Below are positions 18,586 to 27,369 of a stretch of 64,000 nt of DNA, one piece after another. This DNA is from Chloroflexota bacterium. Its GTDB lineage: Bacteria; Chloroflexota; Limnocylindria; Limnocylindrales; CSP1-4. The position numbers were made by a program, and so were the translations under genes. The first letter of the stretch is position 1; each line of letters begins with the position of its first letter. The stretch lies in the NCBI GenBank assembly GCA_016191345.1, contig JACPOU010000012.1:2528-66527 (forward strand). Reading direction: 5' to 3'. The notes below the pieces were generated by a model, which saw nothing but the letters and a program-made list of their open reading frames with translations, was not told the origin of the DNA and made no database searches.

Positions 18586-18632
18586 GTGCCGCCCATCGTA
18601 GGGCGCTCGGCACTGGGTGGCGGACCGGCGCC

Positions 18633-18968
18633 GTGTCGCGGCGGCTCGTCGACTGGCTGTGGCTCCTCGCCGGCATCGAGGTCGGGGCGCTCCACCTCGT
18701 GCAGACGCCCGTCGCCGCGCAGCTCTCCGTCCTCGTCGTGACGGTGTCATCGGGGCGATGCACGACGCTCGAGACGGCCCGCGGCATCCCGACCGCGAGC
18801 CCGTCCGACGAGGTCAGTCGACGTCCGGGCGCGGCTCCGCGCCCGTGCCGACCGCCAGATCGGCGGGGGCTGCGGGTTCGCGTCCTGCGGATCCTCCTCG
18901 TCGTGGCCGGGCTCTTCGCCCTGGTCCAGGTCATCGTCAGCGTGCCGGGCGCGACGCCGGGCTCCTGA
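18633..18968 (+). CDS. Hypothetical membrane protein, possibly degenerate
   Basis: Hydrophobic N- and C-terminal segments around an Arg/Pro-rich middle; may be a frameshifted remnant. Confidence 0.3.
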   Translation: MSRRLVDWLWLLAGIEVGALHLVQTPVAAQLSVLVVTVSSGRCTTLETARGIPTASPSDEVSRRPGAAPRPCRPPDRRGLRVRVLRILLVVAGLFALVQVIVSVPGATPGS

Positions 18969-19021
18969 CGGCACCGCCGCCCGCGTACACTCCGGCCGAT
19001 CGTTCAGGCGAGGAGGTCGAA

Positions 19022-20491
19022 GTGTCGGACGCGTTCGATCGGCTCCAGGAGCGACTCGGACCGGCCCTCGACGCGAACCGCGAGGGCTCGGGCGTCGAGA
19101 ACGTGCTCATCGCGCTGCCGTCGTTCAGCGTCAGTGAGTCGCTGCTGTCGCACTACGGCGATCGGGTGACGTCGCTCGAGCACCGGTATCTCGGATCCAT
19201 GCTCATCTCGAGCCGCATCGAGACCTGCACGATCCTGTACCTCCCGACCCGCGCGCCGGACCCCGAGATCGTCGAGTACTACGTCGCCCTCGTGCCACCG
19301 GACCGGCGGGATGCCGTTCGGGCCCGGACCCGCGTCATCGAGGTCGGGGGCGGCGTGCGGCGATCGGTCGCCGCGCGCCTGGTGGACCGTCCGGATCTGA
19401 TCGAGCGCCTCCGGGCGGAGATCGGCGACCGGCCCGCGCTCATCGAGCCATGGAACGTGACCGAGCACGAGGTGGCCTTCGCGCTCGCCCTCGGGGTGCC
19501 GATCAACGGCACGGCACCCGAGCTCCGGCCGATTGGCTTCAAGAGCGCCGGGCGTCGGCTCTTCACGGATGCCCGTGTCGCGATGCCGTACGGGCTCGAG
19601 GACGTCCGGTCGGTCGACGACGTCGTGGACGCGGTCCTCGCGATCCGCGCCGCCCGACCCGAGGCGCCCGGCGTCGTCATCAAGCACGACGACAGTGGCG
19701 CCGGAGACGGGAACGTCGTCCTCGACCTCGGGCCGATGGATGGCGCCGCGGACCCGGCGGCCTGGGTTCGCGCCCAGGTCGAAGCCCTCCCGCACTGGTA
19801 CCGGGCCGACCTCGCGCTCGGTGGCATCGTCGAGGAGCGGATCACCGGCGTGCGGTTCACGAGCCCCAGCGCCCAGGTCGACATCCGCCCCGGCCGCGAG
19901 GTCGTCGTCCTCGCAACCCACGAGCAGGTCCTCGGCGGTCCGGGGGGGCAGGTGTACCTCGGCTGCCGCTTCCCCGCGGACCCCGCGTACGCGCCGCGCC
20001 TCGCGGAGGACGCGGCGAGGATTGGGGAGCAGCTGGCGATGCGGGGCGCGCTCGGGCGCTTCAGCGTGGATTACGTGGCGGCGGCCGACGACGACGGAGT
20101 CTGGCGGATCTTCGCTCTGGAGGTGAACCTCCGGAAAGGCGGGACGACCCATCCCTACTCCGCGCTGCGGAACCTCGTGCCCGGTCGCTACGACGCGGCC
20201 GCGGGGCGATGGATCGCCCGCGACGGCTCGACTCGGGCCTACAGCGCGACCGACAACCTCGTGGATCCGGCGTGGCTCGGGCTGCCCCAGGGGGCCGTCA
20301 TCGAGGCCGTGCGGGCCGCCGGGCTCCAGTTCGACCCGGGGAATGCCACGGGCGTCGTGCTCCACATGCTGTCCGGGCTCTCGATCGACGGCCGCCTCGG
20401 GGTCACCGCCATTGCCCGGACGCCCGCCGAGGCGGAGGCGATGGCGAACGGGGTCCGGAGCGCGATCGACGGGCTCGCCGCAGCGCGCTGA
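19022..20491 (+). CDS. Peptide ligase PGM1-related ATP-grasp protein
   Basis: GFKSAGRRLF, VIKHDDSGAGDGN, SPSAQ, THEQVLGG..GQVYLGCRFPA, EVNLRKGGTTHP and Y.ATDNL. RBS AGGAGG precedes the GTG at 19022. Confidence 0.82.
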   Translation: MSDAFDRLQERLGPALDANREGSGVENVLIALPSFSVSESLLSHYGDRVTSLEHRYLGSMLISSRIETCTILYLPTRAPDPEIVEYYVALVPPDRRDAVRARTRVIEVGGGVRRSVAARLVDRPDLIERLRAEIGDRPALIEPWNVTEHEVAFALALGVPINGTAPELRPIGFKSAGRRLFTDARVAMPYGLEDVRSVDDVVDAVLAIRAARPEAPGVVIKHDDSGAGDGNVVLDLGPMDGAADPAAWVRAQVEALPHWYRADLALGGIVEERITGVRFTSPSAQVDIRPGREVVVLATHEQVLGGPGGQVYLGCRFPADPAYAPRLAEDAARIGEQLAMRGALGRFSVDYVAAADDDGVWRIFALEVNLRKGGTTHPYSALRNLVPGRYDAAAGRWIARDGSTRAYSATDNLVDPAWLGLPQGAVIEAVRAAGLQFDPGNATGVVLHMLSGLSIDGRLGVTAIARTPAEAEAMANGVRSAIDGLAAAR

Positions 20492-20560
20492 GGGCAGTCA
20501 GGAGTCCGTGCCGGCCGGCAGGGAACCGGCGCCACCGGCCGCGGAGGGTGGCCTCCAGCC

Positions 20561-21118
20561 CTAGACCCGGGTCTGGTACTCGCCCGTCCGGGTGTCAACG
20601 CGGACGATGTCGCCCTCGTTGACGAAGAGCGGCACGGAGACGACGAGCCCCGTCTCGAGCGTCGCGTTCTTGCGGGCGCCCTGGGCCGTGTCGCCGGCGA
20701 AGCCGGGTTCCGTCTCGGTCACCCGGAGGTCCACCGTGACGGGCAGCTCCACCCCGATCGTCTCGCCCTGGTAGGTCGTCCGGTCGAGGATCATCCCGTC
20801 CTTCAGGTACTCGCTGACGTCGACGAGCTGGTCCGCGCGGAGCATGAACTGGTCGTACGTGTCCGTGTCCATGAAGTGGTAGTCGGCGTCGTCGCGGTAG
20901 AGGAACTGGACCGGGCGGCGCTCCATCGAGGCGCGCGGCCACTTCGTGCCGGCCTGGAACGAGCGCTCGACCGTCTGGCCGCGGCGGATGTTCCGGAGCG
21001 TGATCTTCACCTGGGCCGAGCCGCGGCCCATCTTGATGTGGTGGTAGTCGAGGATCTGCCAGAGCTCGCCATCGAGCTCGATGGCCACGCCCTTGCGCAG
21101 CTCGCCGGTGCTGATCAT
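20561..21118 (-). CDS. efp: Translation elongation factor P
   Basis: QFLYRD...FMDTDTYDQ, ETEPGFAGDTA, K.ATLETGLVVSVPLFV and VDTRTGEY. Confidence 0.96.
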   Translation of the reverse strand: MISTGELRKGVAIELDGELWQILDYHHIKMGRGSAQVKITLRNIRRGQTVERSFQAGTKWPRASMERRPVQFLYRDDADYHFMDTDTYDQFMLRADQLVDVSEYLKDGMILDRTTYQGETIGVELPVTVDLRVTETEPGFAGDTAQGARKNATLETGLVVSVPLFVNEGDIVRVDTRTGEYQTRV

Positions 21119-21192
21119 GGGATCGGTGACTCCTGGGCTGGCGTGCCGGGGCAGGCGCGCGCCGGCCGGTTCGATCGGGATGTGGTCGCCGG

Positions 21193-21198
21193 ATTGTA
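21193..21198 (-). promoter_or_regulatory. Putative -10 element (TACAAT) of efp
   Basis: attgta on the plus strand, about 75 nt upstream of the efp start. Confidence 0.45.
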
Positions 21199-21275
21199 GC
21201 CGAGGCGCCGCCGGGCCCTCGCGGCTCGGGGCTGGGGCTGGGCTCGGGGCCAGGGCGGAGCGCGCCGCGCGCGCG

Positions 21276-22517
21276 TCAGCTGCCGACGATCACCGGCGAC
21301 GTCGGGAAGCGCGTCAGGCGGTCAAGGGATCCGGCCGAAGCGTCGATCGCGACGAGGTCCTCGATCCGGACCCCCGTCTCGCCCTCGAGGTAGATGCCGG
21401 GCTCGATCGAGAAGACCGTCGGCGTCGGGAGGGGCGTCGCGGCGGAGTGCCGGCCGAGCCCCGGCAGCTCGTGGACGGCGATGCCGATCCCGTGGCCCAG
21501 GCCATGGCCGAACGCCGGCCAGCGGCCGTCGGCCTCGATGACGCCCCGCGAGATCGCATCGACGTCCGGGCCGCTCGGCAGCGGGGCGCCGTGGCGGGCC
21601 GCGGCCAGGGCATCACGAACCGTCGAGATCGCCGCCTCCTGCGACGCGGCGACGACCTCGTAGACGCCGAGGTCCCGCTCGCCGGGCTCGCCGACGAACA
21701 GCGTCCGCGTCATGTCGCTGCGATAGCCCGCGACCTGCGCCCCGAAGTCGAAGAGCAGCACCTGGCCCGCCTGGATCCGCGCCTCGCCGGGCGAGCCGTG
21801 GGGCAGCGCGGCGTTCGGGCCGGCCAGGCAGGCGACGTCGAAGGCGAGCCGCTCCGCGCCCCCGGTCCGCATCCGCCATTCGAGGTCCAGGGCCAGCTCC
21901 GCCTCGGTGACACCGGGCCGGATCGACGGCAGCAGGGAGGCGAGGGCCCGGTCGGAGACCGCGCAGGCGGCGGCGATCCGCTCGATCTCGGCGGGCTCCT
22001 TGACCTGCCGGTCCGCCTCCACCCAGCCCTCGATCGGCACCAGCTCGACGCCCGGCGCCGCGGCCGCCAGCCGCTCCCAGACGAGGTGCGGGATCGTCGT
22101 CGCCTCGACCGCGACACGCTGCACGCCGGCCTCGGCGACGAGATCCGGCCAGCGGGCGGCCAGGGCGTTGTAGCACTCGAAGACGCGCGATTCCGGCGCA
22201 TCGCGGCGGACGGCGATCGTGTAGCGGCTGTCGGCGAGGACGATCGACGCTGTGCCCGTGATCAGGAACTTGCCGGAATCACCGGCGCTGGTGACCTCGC
22301 GCTCGTCGAAGGGCAGGCCCGTGAGGTAGCGCATGTGCTCCCAGCGGAGGCCGAAGTAGCCGTCGACGCCTGCCTCCTCCATCCGCTGCCGGAGGCGGGC
22401 GAGGCGCGCCGGGCGGGCTGCACGGTCTGCCTCGGTCCACCGCTCGAGGTCGGCCCGGGCTGGCGGGGCCGCGAAGTCCGCCGGGTGCGGCCACGCGGCT
22501 GATTCCGCGCCCGTCAT
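21276..22517 (-). CDS. Xaa-Pro aminopeptidase (M24 family)
   Basis: VKEPAEI, ALPHG, DFGA..GYRSDMTRT, HGLGHGIGIAVHE and IEPGIY...GVRIED. Confidence 0.93.
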   Translation of the reverse strand: MTGAESAAWPHPADFAAPPARADLERWTEADRAARPARLARLRQRMEEAGVDGYFGLRWEHMRYLTGLPFDEREVTSAGDSGKFLITGTASIVLADSRYTIAVRRDAPESRVFECYNALAARWPDLVAEAGVQRVAVEATTIPHLVWERLAAAAPGVELVPIEGWVEADRQVKEPAEIERIAAACAVSDRALASLLPSIRPGVTEAELALDLEWRMRTGGAERLAFDVACLAGPNAALPHGSPGEARIQAGQVLLFDFGAQVAGYRSDMTRTLFVGEPGERDLGVYEVVAASQEAAISTVRDALAAARHGAPLPSGPDVDAISRGVIEADGRWPAFGHGLGHGIGIAVHELPGLGRHSAATPLPTPTVFSIEPGIYLEGETGVRIEDLVAIDASAGSLDRLTRFPTSPVIVGS

Positions 22518-22527
22518 CGTCGATCGA

Positions 22528-23919
22528 TCACTGGTAACCGTACTTGGCCTTGTTCGCGTTGTGCTCGGCCAGGGTCTTCGCGAACGCGTGCGTGCCGCTG
22601 CCGTCCGGGATGGCGAGAAAGTACAGGTAGCCGTCGGCGGTGTCAGGGTTCAGGGCGGCATCGATGGAGGCGACGGACGGCGTGCAGATGGGGCCCGGGA
22701 TCAGGCCCCGGTTCTGGTACGTCTGGTAGCCCCGAAGGTCGTCGGTCACCTGGACGTTGCCGAGTCCGCCCTCCGGGACGCTCCAGAAGAAGTAGGTCAC
22801 CCAGTCGGCGAACGGGAGGTCCCGCAGCTTCATCGTGTCGACCGCGTAGAGGACGGTCGGATCGGCATTGAGGATCGTCTTGGAGCCGCCCTTGCCCTCG
22901 ATGCGGTTCTGGTAGACGCCCGCGATGAGTGCCCGCTCCTCGTCGAGGACGGCCTCGCGCTCGACGATCGAGGCCAGCGACAGGACCTGGTAGAAGGTCA
23001 GGCCGCGGCTCTCCGGAACGGTCATCCGCGCCTCGCCGACCGCCGTGTAGAACTTGTCGAGCATCATCCGGACCAGGGCCTCGGCCGTCGTGACCTCGAA
23101 GGGCCCGCCGTTCGCTCCGGTGACCAGCCGGTACGTCGCCGGGTAGAGGAAGCCCTCGAGGGAGGCGCCCTCGGGCAACCCGGCCGTCGCGAGCCAGGGA
23201 TAGTCGGCGAGGAGCTCCGGGGTGGGCTTCGAGGCGAGGTCGTAGAACGCCTTCGCGTCGACGCCGGACTGGATCGTCTGGAGCTGGGCAGCGATCTGCT
23301 CGAGGCGGATCCCCTCCCGGAAGGTCACGTCCACCGTCTCGACGACGACCCGGCCGTTCACGAGCGCATCGACGACCTGCCCGGGCGTCATGTCCCGGCG
23401 GAGCACGAAGAGACCCGCCTTGAGGTTGGCGGCGAGGTCGTCCTGAATGGCCGTGAAGATGAACGCGCGTTCCGACTTGACGAAGCCGTCCTCCTTGAGG
23501 CGTGGGGCCAGGAGGACGGGCGTATCGCCGGCCTGGACCTCGAACACGGCCTCCGTCGGATCGGAGCCCGCCGGATCGGTGAGCTGGGTGCCGAGCTCCT
23601 CGCCCACCAGCTCCGCCACGAACGGCACCCGCAGCGAGCTCGGGTTGTCCCAGGCCCAGCTCGACACGGCGCCCTTCAGCAGGGGCCGCAGCGCCGTGAG
23701 GAGGGCGATGACCACGACGACGGCAAGGAGCCCCGCGAAGAGGAAGAACTTGAGCAACCCCGGAATGCCACCGCGTCGCTCGCGGACGGGCCGCCGGCCG
23801 GGCGGGGGGCCGCCGCGCCCGTCCGTTCCGCGCCAGGAGGGCATGTCCGCGCCCTCGTAGGCGCCGGGTGCCAGCCGGCGAGCCCGGTCGCGGGGGCGGC
23901 CACTGTCGCGGATGCTCAT
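22528..23919 (-). CDS. mltG: Endolytic transglycosylase MltG
   Basis: Single TM helix, TFREG, LEGFLYPATY, LASIVERE, IAGVYQNR, ADPTVLY, GLIPGPI and YLYF. Confidence 0.93.
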   Translation of the reverse strand: MSIRDSGRPRDRARRLAPGAYEGADMPSWRGTDGRGGPPPGRRPVRERRGGIPGLLKFFLFAGLLAVVVVIALLTALRPLLKGAVSSWAWDNPSSLRVPFVAELVGEELGTQLTDPAGSDPTEAVFEVQAGDTPVLLAPRLKEDGFVKSERAFIFTAIQDDLAANLKAGLFVLRRDMTPGQVVDALVNGRVVVETVDVTFREGIRLEQIAAQLQTIQSGVDAKAFYDLASKPTPELLADYPWLATAGLPEGASLEGFLYPATYRLVTGANGGPFEVTTAEALVRMMLDKFYTAVGEARMTVPESRGLTFYQVLSLASIVEREAVLDEERALIAGVYQNRIEGKGGSKTILNADPTVLYAVDTMKLRDLPFADWVTYFFWSVPEGGLGNVQVTDDLRGYQTYQNRGLIPGPICTPSVASIDAALNPDTADGYLYFLAIPDGSGTHAFAKTLAEHNANKAKYGYQ

Positions 23920-24374
23920 CGGGCGCTCACGTCCCGGGCCTCGAGCTCATCGCGCAGGATGAGCGCAGCAGCTTCGCGATCCACGCGCGAACGATACCGC
24001 TCCCGCTGCGTCGGCGACGGCGGGCCGCCGGATCGGCCGCGGGGCATGGGTCCCAGGGCCTCCTCCGCGCGGTGGCTCGAGAGCCGCTCGTCCCGGAGCC
24101 AGACGGCGACCCCGAGCGCGGCGCTGATCGCCGCGGCCCATTCGCGCGCGGCCGCGGCCATGGCGCCCTCGCTGCCGCGCGCCTCGAGCGGCAGGCCGAC
24201 CACCAGCTCGTCGATCCGCTGCTCTCGGACCACGGCCCCGATCCGGGCCACGTCCTCGGCGAGGGTCGCGCCGCGGCGCACGGTCGCGAACGCATGCGCC
24301 GGATCGCGGCCCGTCTCGGCGATGGCCAGCCCGATCCGCTTCTCCCCGAGATCGATGCCGAGCAGCCGCGTCAC
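23916..24374 (-). CDS. ruvX: RuvX/YqgF pre-16S rRNA nuclease (Holliday-junction resolvase-like)
   Basis: LGIDLGEKRIGLA, VVGLP, DERLSS and VD.EAAALIL. Confidence 0.93.
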   Translation of the reverse strand: MTRLLGIDLGEKRIGLAIAETGRDPAHAFATVRRGATLAEDVARIGAVVREQRIDELVVGLPLEARGSEGAMAAAAREWAAAISAALGVAVWLRDERLSSHRAEEALGPMPRGRSGGPPSPTQRERYRSRVDREAAALILRDELEARDVSAR

Positions 24375-26101
24375 GGAGCCGGGCTCGCGGCTGGTCCCGT
24401 GCCGGGACTCGTTCCCGGCGAGGTTGTTGGCGAGGGTGCGTCACTCCGCGAGGGCTCGCCGCTGGTCCCGGGGCTGGCCTCCGGGGAGGCTGCCTCGATC
24501 GTGAGCGTCGCGCGGTCCTCCCGCGTCGGGATCGCCGTGACCCAGTCCGGCCAGACCGTGATCCGGACCGCGCCGTAGGCGCCGAGAACCGTCCGTGCCT
24601 GGGGCAGCCCGAGGCCCCGGACCTTCGCCAGGAGCTCCGCCGGATCGAGCTCGCGGATCTCCAGGGCCCGGACGGTCACCGGGAAGGTGATGATCGAGCC
24701 CGCGACGATCGGGTCGCCGACCTGGACATTGATCGTCGCCTCGTCGAGGGCAAAGCCGTCATCGACGGCGGCCCGGAGCCGCGCCTCGGCGAGGGTCGAG
24801 ACCGGGCCGGGATCCACGCCGATCACCGTCCCCTCCGCGGACACGCCCAACTCGAACTCGGCGGCCTCCGTGCCGACGAGGGTCGCGGGGTCGATCGTCG
24901 GCGTGGCCGCCCCGAGGGCCTTCGTCGCCGGGAAGAGCGTCGTCCCGTCGGGAACGCCCGTGGCGCCGGCGATCTGCTCGTCGAACGCGGTCGCGAGGCT
25001 CGCGTCGAGGGTTCGAAGCGCGGCGTCGACGTCCGACTGCTGGACCTGGGGCGACTCGGTACGCGAGCCGCCGGTCGTCGGGTCCTGGTTGGAGACCTTC
25101 GTCCGGAGCGGGTTCTCGTTCTCGGGCACGACGACGATCGTGCCGGCCGCGACGTTGCCGGACGGTCCGGGCGCGACGGCCTCCACGCCGACCTTGCGGG
25201 TCGACGGAATGACGACGAATGCCGGCGGATCGCCGGCGATGCCGATCTCGGCCGGTGGCAGCTCCACGTCGGCGAGGGTCCGGAACTGGATCCCGGATTC
25301 CGTCTGCACGATGGCGCCCTGCCTGATCGTGTTCGAGCCGCCGGTGTTCAGGCTCGAGAACGTGACCTCGCCCGTCGCGCCCGTCTCGGTGACCTTCACG
25401 CCGGTCGCCGGGAACGTGTCGGTGGCGGTCACCGTGAACGGGAAGCGGACCGCCGGCACGAGCAGGTTCACGGGGTCCGGGGCCGTCACGCCCGCCTGGG
25501 CGGTCACGTTGAGCTCGATGGGACCCACCTGGTCCGTGGCCGGGACGAGCGTGATCTGGGCGCTCGGGAGGAGGAGGAACGCGGCGGTTCCGGATGTGGC
25601 GAGGACCGCGATGAGGACCAGGACGGCCGCAACGACCGGCCAGCGGCGCCTCGCCGGCGGACGGCCGACCTGCGGCACCGGGCTCCGCTCTGCCGGTTTC
25701 GTGAGGGTCGGGACGGCGGGGACGACGACGGTCGGGCTGTCGTCGGCGGGCCTGCCGGGGCCCGGATCGGCCGCCACGCCGCCGGTGGCCACGGCCGCGC
25801 CACCGGCGCCTGCCCGCGCCGCCGCGGGCTGCGGGCCCGCCTCGAACGCGGCCACGGATTCATGGGTCGGCAGGCCCGCCGACGCGGCGAGCGCCCGCGC
25901 CGACGCATCGTTCGTGATCACGTCGACCTGCTTCCCGTGCGTCGCTGCCTCGCGGGCGAGGAGCCGGAAGTTGATCCGCGACGTCGAGAGCCGCGATCCG
26001 GCCGGCAGCACCAGTCCGATCCGCTCGTCGGTGAGGCTTCGGATCCTGGCCGCCGCCGAGGTGATCTCGTCGTCGATGTCGAGGTAGACGATCGCCGCCA
26101 T
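24371..26101 (-). CDS. Membrane-anchored protein with baseplate J/gp47-like extracellular domain
   Basis: Cytoplasmic N-domain (YLDIDDEITS...), a linker, a TM helix (WPVVAAVLVLIAVLA...), then ATGEVTF...GIQFRT...VEAVAPGPSGNVAAGTI...VSNQDPTTGG, which matches the baseplate-J signature. Confidence 0.75.
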   Translation of the reverse strand: MAAIVYLDIDDEITSAAARIRSLTDERIGLVLPAGSRLSTSRINFRLLAREAATHGKQVDVITNDASARALAASAGLPTHESVAAFEAGPQPAAARAGAGGAAVATGGVAADPGPGRPADDSPTVVVPAVPTLTKPAERSPVPQVGRPPARRRWPVVAAVLVLIAVLATSGTAAFLLLPSAQITLVPATDQVGPIELNVTAQAGVTAPDPVNLLVPAVRFPFTVTATDTFPATGVKVTETGATGEVTFSSLNTGGSNTIRQGAIVQTESGIQFRTLADVELPPAEIGIAGDPPAFVVIPSTRKVGVEAVAPGPSGNVAAGTIVVVPENENPLRTKVSNQDPTTGGSRTESPQVQQSDVDAALRTLDASLATAFDEQIAGATGVPDGTTLFPATKALGAATPTIDPATLVGTEAAEFELGVSAEGTVIGVDPGPVSTLAEARLRAAVDDGFALDEATINVQVGDPIVAGSIITFPVTVRALEIRELDPAELLAKVRGLGLPQARTVLGAYGAVRITVWPDWVTAIPTREDRATLTIEAASPEASPGTSGEPSRSDAPSPTTSPGTSPGTGPAASPAP

Positions 26102-26103
26102 CG

Positions 26104-27369
26104 TCAGATCCGCATCTGGCGGACGACCCGCCGCAGCGCGGCATCGAGCGGGTTGGTGCTCGTCCCGAGCTCGATCGCCTGGAAGGCCAGGCCCATCGGG
26201 GTGACGTCCTGCTGGTCCACGAGGAGCTTCGTCTCGTCGCGGATCGTCTCGACCTGGTCCGGGGCCATGATCGTGACCTCGGGCGGTCGCGAGAAGGGCA
26301 GCCGCTTCGAGAACCGCTCGTCGTCGAGGACCGCCCGGATCTCCGGCAGCCTCGAGCCGCCGCCGCAGATATAGATCCGGCCCGGCAGCAGGTCCCCGGC
26401 CGCGAGCTCCTCCATGACGAGCTCAACGCCGGCCGCCCAGACGGCGACGTCGTCGGCGACGATCTCCCGGACCGCGTCCGCGCGGTCGCCGGCGATGCCC
26501 CGGGCATAGTCGACCTTGAGCGCCTCGGCCCGCGGGAACGGCAGCTCCAGGCGATCGGCAATGGACTTCGTGAAGGCGCGCCCGCCGAGCGCGAACATCC
26601 GGGTCCCCTCGATGCCGCCCTGGCGAACGAGGGCAACGTCCGTCGTGCCGCCGCCGACATCGATGAACAGCGCACCGGCCTGCCTGACCTGGTCGGCGTT
26701 GAGGACCCGCGCCACCGCGTACGGCTCGGCGACGACCCCCACGAGGTCGAGATCGAGGCGCGTGGCGACGGTCTGGAGCGCGCCGAGGTGGACGAGCGGC
26801 GCGAACGCGTCGAAGACCGCGATCTTCACGTGCCGGCCCTGAAAGCCGATCGGGTTCGTGACCGCGTAGCCGTCGATCCAGGCCCCGACGACGGCTGCGT
26901 GGACGAGACGGACGTCGACGTTGGCGAGGCCGGTCTCCCAGGTGATCGAGCGCTCCGCCTCGCGGATCGCCTCGCGCTGGACGCCCTCGATGAGCTTCTG
27001 GAGCTCCGCCTCGGTGATCTGCGCGTCCGGCCGGGGCCGCTCCTGCGAGTGCGCCGTCGTGAAGCCCTTGACGAGCTCGCCGGCGATCCCGATGACGACC
27101 TGCGACGGCCGGAAGCCGGCCATCTCCTCCGCCTCCTGGAGCGCGATCGCGCAGTTGTCCACCACGGCCGAGATGTCGGCGACGGTCCCGGATTGCATGT
27201 GGGACAGGCCCTGTCGCTTCCGCCCGACGCCCCGGACGATGCCCTTGCCCGCCTCGTCGATCTCGAACGCGAGCGCCTTGGCGAACTCGGTCCCGATGTC
27301 GAGCGCGGTGCAGGCGGTCAGCGCCTCGTCATCCTCGCCGCGGGTCCAGATGCGCCGGAGGAAGGTCAT
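26104..27369 (-). CDS. FtsA-like actin-family ATPase
   Basis: ALDIGTE (phosphate 1), AEPYA, IDVGGGTTD (phosphate 2) and ICGGGSRL (adenosine); FtsA-type insertion; no adjacent ftsZ. Confidence 0.85.
   Translation of the reverse strand: MTFLRRIWTRGEDDEALTACTALDIGTEFAKALAFEIDEAGKGIVRGVGRKRQGLSHMQSGTVADISAVVDNCAIALQEAEEMAGFRPSQVVIGIAGELVKGFTTAHSQERPRPDAQITEAELQKLIEGVQREAIREAERSITWETGLANVDVRLVHAAVVGAWIDGYAVTNPIGFQGRHVKIAVFDAFAPLVHLGALQTVATRLDLDLVGVVAEPYAVARVLNADQVRQAGALFIDVGGGTTDVALVRQGGIEGTRMFALGGRAFTKSIADRLELPFPRAEALKVDYARGIAGDRADAVREIVADDVAVWAAGVELVMEELAAGDLLPGRIYICGGGSRLPEIRAVLDDERFSKRLPFSRPPEVTIMAPDQVETIRDETKLLVDQQDVTPMGLAFQAIELGTSTNPLDAALRRVVRQMRI

Noticed and set aside
24371-26101. Prophage or contractile injection system implied by the baseplate-J domain
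   Set aside because: No sheath, tube, spike, terminase or capsid genes; the protein is membrane-anchored and embedded in a housekeeping operon.
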